A stretch of 63,938 bases of DNA, filler included. It is 6 parts of 6 records of this genome, joined end to end, with 100 filler letters (N's around TTAATTAATTAA, not from the genome) between each part and the next. Parts side by side here need not be neighbours in the genome. Positions count along the whole stretch, not along the records: positions 55,092 to 63,938 come from SRR20825019_1183; 5 more parts are not named here. The stretch is one strand, 5' to 3'. The notes under the pieces were generated by a model. The model saw only the letters and a list, made by a program, of their open reading frames with translations. It did no database searches and was not told the DNA's origin. The stretch's first letter is position 1. Each line of letters starts with the position of its first letter. Shown here piece by piece: positions 59,389-63,938 of the stretch. The position numbers and the translations under genes were made by a program.

Positions 59389-60065
59389 CGGAGTTCGAGC
59401 TTCTGAACCTGGTGCTGCTGCCGATTGGGCTCGGGCTGCTCGGCTTCGTCGAGCCGTGCTCGATCGGCTCGAGCCTCGTTTTCGTCAAGTACCTGGAGGG
59501 CAAGGACAGGCTTGCCAAGCTGTCGCAGCTCACGGTCTTCGCGCTGACGCGCGGCGTCTTCATCGGTTTGCTCGGGGCAGCAGCGGCCGGGATCGGCACG
59601 GCCTTCCTCGGTTTCCAGAAAGCCGCCTGGATCGTGCTTGGCACGATCTATACCGCGATCGGCCTGTTCTACTTGGCGGGAAAGGCCGGGTTCCTGATGC
59701 GGACGATCGGACCGCGTCTCTCCGCCCTCTCGGGCGGCAGAGGCTCCGCGACCCTCGGCCTGCTGTTCGGACTCAACATCCCGGCCTGCGCGGCACCGCT
59801 CATCTTTGCGCTGTTCGGCGCCGCGGCGGCGGGCGGCGCGGCCGGGCGGCCAATCACCAATGGCTTCGTCTCGCTCGGACTGTTCGGCCTGGCGCTGTCG
59901 CTGCCGCTGGTGCTGGCCGCCGCGTTTCAGCCGGCGCGCCGGGCGCTCGACTGGCTCGCCGGCCTGTCGCGCCGCATCCCCGTCTGGACCGGCTTGGTGC
60001 TGATCGTCCTCGGCGCGTGGTCGATCTGGTTCGGGTTGTTCGTGAACCTGGAGGACTGGACATGA
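59385..60065 (+). CDS. Second CcdA-like membrane protein
   Basis: GFVEPCSIG, GLNIPACAAP and FGLALSLPL. Confidence 0.82.
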   Translation: MTEFELLNLVLLPIGLGLLGFVEPCSIGSSLVFVKYLEGKDRLAKLSQLTVFALTRGVFIGLLGAAAAGIGTAFLGFQKAAWIVLGTIYTAIGLFYLAGKAGFLMRTIGPRLSALSGGRGSATLGLLFGLNIPACAAPLIFALFGAAAAGGAAGRPITNGFVSLGLFGLALSLPLVLAAAFQPARRALDWLAGLSRRIPVWTGLVLIVLGAWSIWFGLFVNLEDWT

Positions 60066-61531
60066 TGGCATGCACGCGCGCTTTCCGCGCCACAGTCGCG
60101 GTCGCCGCCGGCGTGGTGATCGCCTCGACCGCGGGCGCTCCCTCCATCAGAGCCGCCGACGACGTCCATTACGGACCGGATACCGTCGACATCGCGGCCC
60201 ATTGGGCGGCGCGCGCGACCCTCGCCAACGCGGTGATGTTCAGCGGCCTGGGAGAGCCGCTCTCGATCTCCATGTCGACGGCCGACGACATCCTGAAGCA
60301 TGCAGGTTACATTGCCCGGCCCCCGATGCCCGACATGGCCACCGTCGGGGCCGTTTATGCCGCCGGAAGCCCGGCGCTGAAACAGACGCCCGACTTCTCG
60401 GATTTGCAGACATTGCGGTGGGGTCCCGCGAGCTTCGACCGGACGCTGGAGCCGGCCGCCCAGGCCTGGGCGCTGATCAAGATCACCAGCCCGGCGTTCC
60501 ACCTCAACTTCCATGACGACAAGGCGGACAGGCGCGTCGCGCTGATGATGCTGCCGCAAGCCCGGGCGCAGGCCGAGGTCCTGGCGGAGCGGCTTCTCAC
60601 CGGCCCGGGCCTGTTCGCGGCCCGTTCTTCGGACGGCACCTTCGCCGAACCCCGCGCCCACGACCAGGCCGTGGTGTTGTGGGGTGTGTCCAACCTGATC
60701 CTCGCCGCGACGAGCGAGCGCGAGGACTACTGGCACACGGCCTGGCGCGAGCTCGTCGACGCCGGCGATTATCGCGAGCTGTCGGACCGCGCCCTCGCGG
60801 CCGTCGAGCAGTTGCCGCCCAACACCCCCCGGGACCAAGCCCTGGCGATCGAGGCGCTGGGCCGCTACGCGCTCGCCACGAACGACGCGCAACGCCGCGA
60901 AAAAGCCCTGACGCTGGCACGTCGCCACGCCAACGCGCTGACGCAGGTACGGAATGTCTCGCTGAGCGATGCCGCGCTTGCCGTCTACGGCCTCGTCGAG
61001 GCCGGCCGGCTGCTGCGGGATGACGGGTTCGCGAAGGCAGCGGCCACCGCATTCGAGACCGGGCTGCTTCCGAAGTGGGACGACCGGCTCGGCGCGTTCC
61101 GCACGGACGAGCCCGTCAGCTATACGCCGTCCATCACGGCCGCCGTCGTGGCAGCGCTGAATGCGATGCGCTGGCACGGCTCGGGCGATCTCGCGAAGGA
61201 AGCAAACCGCCTTTATCCGGGGTTTCTCGAAACGGTTCTGGTCGATGCGAGACTGCAGCTCGCGAGCCCGCTGCCGCTGGTCCCGGCCCGCTACCGCGAG
61301 GGCTGGCCCGATACGGCCTTCGCGCATCCGGCGCTGCCGACACCGGAGAAAGCCGGCCTCGCACCGGTCTTCGCCGGCGAGGTCGTACACGAGAACGGGA
61401 CGTGGCGCGTCTCCGATCGCCGCTTTCGCACGGCAGACGCGATGTTCCTCGCCAACATGCTGGTGATGCCGCACGAGGGACAGGCCGACACGTTCCTGCC
61501 CGCGAACCGGCTCGAGAGCCTCGACAGATAG
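60062..61531 (+). CDS. Exported hypothetical protein (489 aa)
   Basis: ATG overlaps the upstream stop, signal-peptide-like N-terminus, no family recognised. Confidence 0.78.
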   Translation: MMACTRAFRATVAVAAGVVIASTAGAPSIRAADDVHYGPDTVDIAAHWAARATLANAVMFSGLGEPLSISMSTADDILKHAGYIARPPMPDMATVGAVYAAGSPALKQTPDFSDLQTLRWGPASFDRTLEPAAQAWALIKITSPAFHLNFHDDKADRRVALMMLPQARAQAEVLAERLLTGPGLFAARSSDGTFAEPRAHDQAVVLWGVSNLILAATSEREDYWHTAWRELVDAGDYRELSDRALAAVEQLPPNTPRDQALAIEALGRYALATNDAQRREKALTLARRHANALTQVRNVSLSDAALAVYGLVEAGRLLRDDGFAKAAATAFETGLLPKWDDRLGAFRTDEPVSYTPSITAAVVAALNAMRWHGSGDLAKEANRLYPGFLETVLVDARLQLASPLPLVPARYREGWPDTAFAHPALPTPEKAGLAPVFAGEVVHENGTWRVSDRRFRTADAMFLANMLVMPHEGQADTFLPANRLESLDR

Positions 61532-61540
61532 GAGAAGGAC

Positions 61541-63938
61541 ATGGCCGAAGCCATCGCGCAACAGGCACGGGACCGGGGCATCGAGAGCCTGCAACTCAAG
61601 ATCGGGGGCATGAGCTGCTCGTTCTGCACGAACGCGATCGAGCGCGGACTCCGCCGCGAGAAGGGCATCGAGGAGGTGCATGTCTCCCTCGCCCACGAGG
61701 AGGCCCTGGTGCGGTTCCGGTCGGACGAGACCGACGAGACGCGGATCAAGGACACGTTGCGCGCCCTCGGCTTCATCGTGCGCGACCCGCGCAAGGTCGG
61801 CGGCTTCGACGAGCAACTCGACCTCAAGCGCAAGGAGCGCAACGACCTGATCTCGGCGGCGAGCCTCGCCCTTCTCATGTTCTGCGCGATGGCCGCCATG
61901 TGGCTCGGCCTCTGGCAGATGCAGGACTGGCACGCCTGGACGGCGTGGGCGTTCGCCACTTACACCTTCGGCTGGAACGGCCGGCGCATCATCCGTATGG
62001 CGTGGGGCGCCGCGTGGCGCGGCATCACCAACCAGCACGTGCTGCTCTCGGTCGGCGCCATCGGCGCCTATATCGGCGGCCTCCTCGGCGCCCCGCTACC
62101 GTTCCTCGGCTGGTACGGCTTCGTCGGGTTCCCGCCCGTCGACTTCTTCGGCGTGGTGGTGTTCCTGACCACCTATCACTTGCTGTCCGGCTACGTCTCG
62201 CTCGTGGTGCGCACGAAGGCGTCGGAGAGCGTGCGCCGGCTCCTGGAGATGCAGCCACCGACGGCCCGGGTTGTTCGCGACGGCCGGGAAGAGGACGTCG
62301 CGATCGACGAGGTCGCGATCGACGACCGCGTCCGCGTGCGCCCCGGCGACCGCATCCCGGTGGACGGCACGGTGGAGGACGGCACGTCGGCGGTCGACCA
62401 GTCGATCGTCACGGGCGAGCCGATCCCCGAGGAAAAGAAGCAGGGCGACGAGGTGATCGGCGGCAGCGTCAACCAGACCGGCACGCTGCTCATCCGCGTC
62501 ACCCGCACCGGCGAGGACAGCTTCCTGCGCCAGGTCGCGCGCCACGTCGAAGAGGCGAAGGCGATGAAGCCGGGGATCATCGTCCTGGTCGACCGGGTGC
62601 TGCTCTACTACGTCCCGGCGGTGCTCGGGATATCGGCGGCGGCGCTCCTGTTCTGGGGCTTTGCGCCGCTGGCCTGGGGCGGCGCCATGCAGTGGGTCAC
62701 GGCGATCTATGCCGCGGTCACGGTGCTCGTGATGGGCTATCCCTGCGCACTGGGCATGGCGACGCCGCTGGCGCTGATCCGTGGTGGCGGCATGGCGGCC
62801 GAGCGCGGCATCCTGATGCGCTCGGGCGAGGCGTTTCAGATCCTCAAGGACATAACCCATGTCGTGCTCGACAAGACCGGCACGCTCACCGAGGGCAAGC
62901 CGCGGCTCGTCGCCGCCGAGGCAGTCGGTGATTTCGGCCGGGACGAGGTCCTGCGCCTGGCTGCGGGCACCGAGTCGGCCTCGGAACATCCGCTTGCCAG
63001 CGCCATCGTCGACGGCGCGGTGGAACAGGGGCTCGAGATACCGCAAGCGCGCGACTTCCAGGCAACGGCCGGGCAGGGCGTCGAGGCGACCGTCGCGGGG
63101 CGCCGGGTCCTGGTCGGCACGACCCGCTTCCTGCGCGCGAGCGGGGTCGACGTCGCGCCGGCAGAAGAGATGCTCGACCGGCACGAGGCACAGGCGCACA
63201 CCGCCGTGCTTGTCGCGGTCGACGGGGTGGTCGCCGGGGTGCTCGCGATCGCCGACGCGGTCAAGCCGGACGCGAGGGATGCCATCGCGGAGCTCAAGGG
63301 GCGCGGCATCACGCCGGTCATGCTGACCGGCGACAACGAACGCACCGCCAGGGCCGTCGCCGGTCAGGTCGGTATCGAAGAGGTCCATGCCCAGATCGTG
63401 CCGCAGGACAAGGCAGCGCGGGTCCGCGCGCTCCAGGAGCAAGGCGCGCAGGTCGCCATGGTCGGCGACGGCATCAACGACGCGCCGGCGCTGATGCAGG
63501 CGCATGTCGGCATCGCCATCGGCGCGGGCACCGACATCGCGATCGAGTCCTCCGATGTCGTGCTGATCGGCGAACGCCTCGGCGCCGTGCCGGAGGCGAT
63601 CACGATCGGCGGCATGAGCTATCGCAAGACGGTGCAGAACCTGTGGCTCGCGTTCTTCTTCAACGGCGTCGGCGTGCCGCTCGCGGCCACCGGGGTCGTG
63701 CATCCCTCCTGGGCCATGGCCGCCATGGCCGCCAGCGTCACCCTCGTGCTCGCCAACTCGTTCGGCGGGCAGGTCTTCACGCGCGGCAAGGCGCGGACAG
63801 ATCACGTGCCGGAACATCCCAGGCAGGCCCCCGAGGAAAGCCGGAATACTCCTGACACCAATGGTTCGGAGCTCAGGCTCTCGGTGCCGAGCATTCACTG
63901 CCAGGGCTGCATCGAGACCATCGAAGCCAACCTGCGGC
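61541..63938 (+). CDS. Heavy-metal P1B-type ATPase, runs off the window end (not in ORF track)
   Basis: Manual translation: N-terminal [32 protein letters not shown] and a further HMA motif IHCQGC near the end. Confidence 0.95.
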   Translation, partial: MAEAIAQQARDRGIESLQLKIGGMSCSFCTNAIERGLRREKGIEEVHVSLAHEEALVRFRSDETDETRIKDTLRALGFIVRDPRKVGGFDEQLDLKRKERNDLISAASLALLMFCAMAAMWLGLWQMQDWHAWTAWAFATYTFGWNGRRIIRMAWGAAWRGITNQHVLLSVGAIGAYIGGLLGAPLPFLGWYGFVGFPPVDFFGVVVFLTTYHLLSGYVSLVVRTKASESVRRLLEMQPPTARVVRDGREEDVAIDEVAIDDRVRVRPGDRIPVDGTVEDGTSAVDQSIVTGEPIPEEKKQGDEVIGGSVNQTGTLLIRVTRTGEDSFLRQVARHVEEAKAMKPGIIVLVDRVLLYYVPAVLGISAAALLFWGFAPLAWGGAMQWVTAIYAAVTVLVMGYPCALGMATPLALIRGGGMAAERGILMRSGEAFQILKDITHVVLDKTGTLTEGKPRLVAAEAVGDFGRDEVLRLAAGTESASEHPLASAIVDGAVEQGLEIPQARDFQATAGQGVEATVAGRRVLVGTTRFLRASGVDVAPAEEMLDRHEAQAHTAVLVAVDGVVAGVLAIADAVKPDARDAIAELKGRGITPVMLTGDNERTARAVAGQVGIEEVHAQIVPQDKAARVRALQEQGAQVAMVGDGINDAPALMQAHVGIAIGAGTDIAIESSDVVLIGERLGAVPEAITIGGMSYRKTVQNLWLAFFFNGVGVPLAATGVVHPSWAMAAMAASVTLVLANSFGGQVFTRGKARTDHVPEHPRQAPEESRNTPDTNGSELRLSVPSIHCQGCIETIEANLR

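Noticed and set aside
59927-63898. Long minus-strand ORFs of 703 and 600 aa, and the 618-aa alternate-frame ORF
   Set aside because: High-GC shadow frames of the exported protein and the ATPase, with no motifs.

Overview
This window is a concatenation of six unrelated contigs joined by artificial 100-nt spacers (44 N + TTAATTAATTAA + 44 N), so neighbourhoods are meaningful only within each piece. Taxonomic labels below are inferred from gene content and style. (1) 1-16000, alphaproteobacterial: permuted two-piece tmRNA, a quorum-sensing cassette (luxR, luxR, luxI, coupled small ORF) lying between ssrA and sspB, class I fumarase, GNAT, ArsR plus PLP decarboxylase, AlkC with an upstream LexA box, RHH protein, AsmA-like protein, ClC-CBS protein and partial uvrD. 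(2) 16101-23747, high-GC alphaproteobacterial core region: ubiE', mutM, hypothetical, enoyl-CoA hydratase, rpsT, dnaA, dnaN, recF, gyrB'. (3) 23848-34136, gammaproteobacterial (Marinobacter-like) acyl-CoA catabolism: SurE paralog, CoA ligase, Liv-type ABC transporter, MaoC, class II aldolase, acyl-CoA dehydrogenase pair. (4) 34237-47440, probably Verrucomicrobia/Opitutae: Mo-oxidoreductase, double cupin, AraC, PhyH, membrane protein, mqo, rhamnulokinase, trimeric autotransporter adhesin, two paralogous lipoproteins, ketose 3-epimerase-like gene and several REP/palindromic repeats. (5) 47541-54991, eukaryotic: a 5-exon TMEM135-like gene and a large ankyrin/coiled-coil ORF. (6) 55092-63938, high-GC metal-resistance region: merA', small Cys-Cys membrane protein, second disulfide reductase, then a tightly coupled operon behind a merO-like promoter (MerR-family regulator lacking the Cys82 equivalent, CcdA-like, HMA chaperone, CcdA-like, unknown exported protein, atypical YPC P1B-ATPase). 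That operon and the quorum-sensing islet are the best candidates for undescribed systems.
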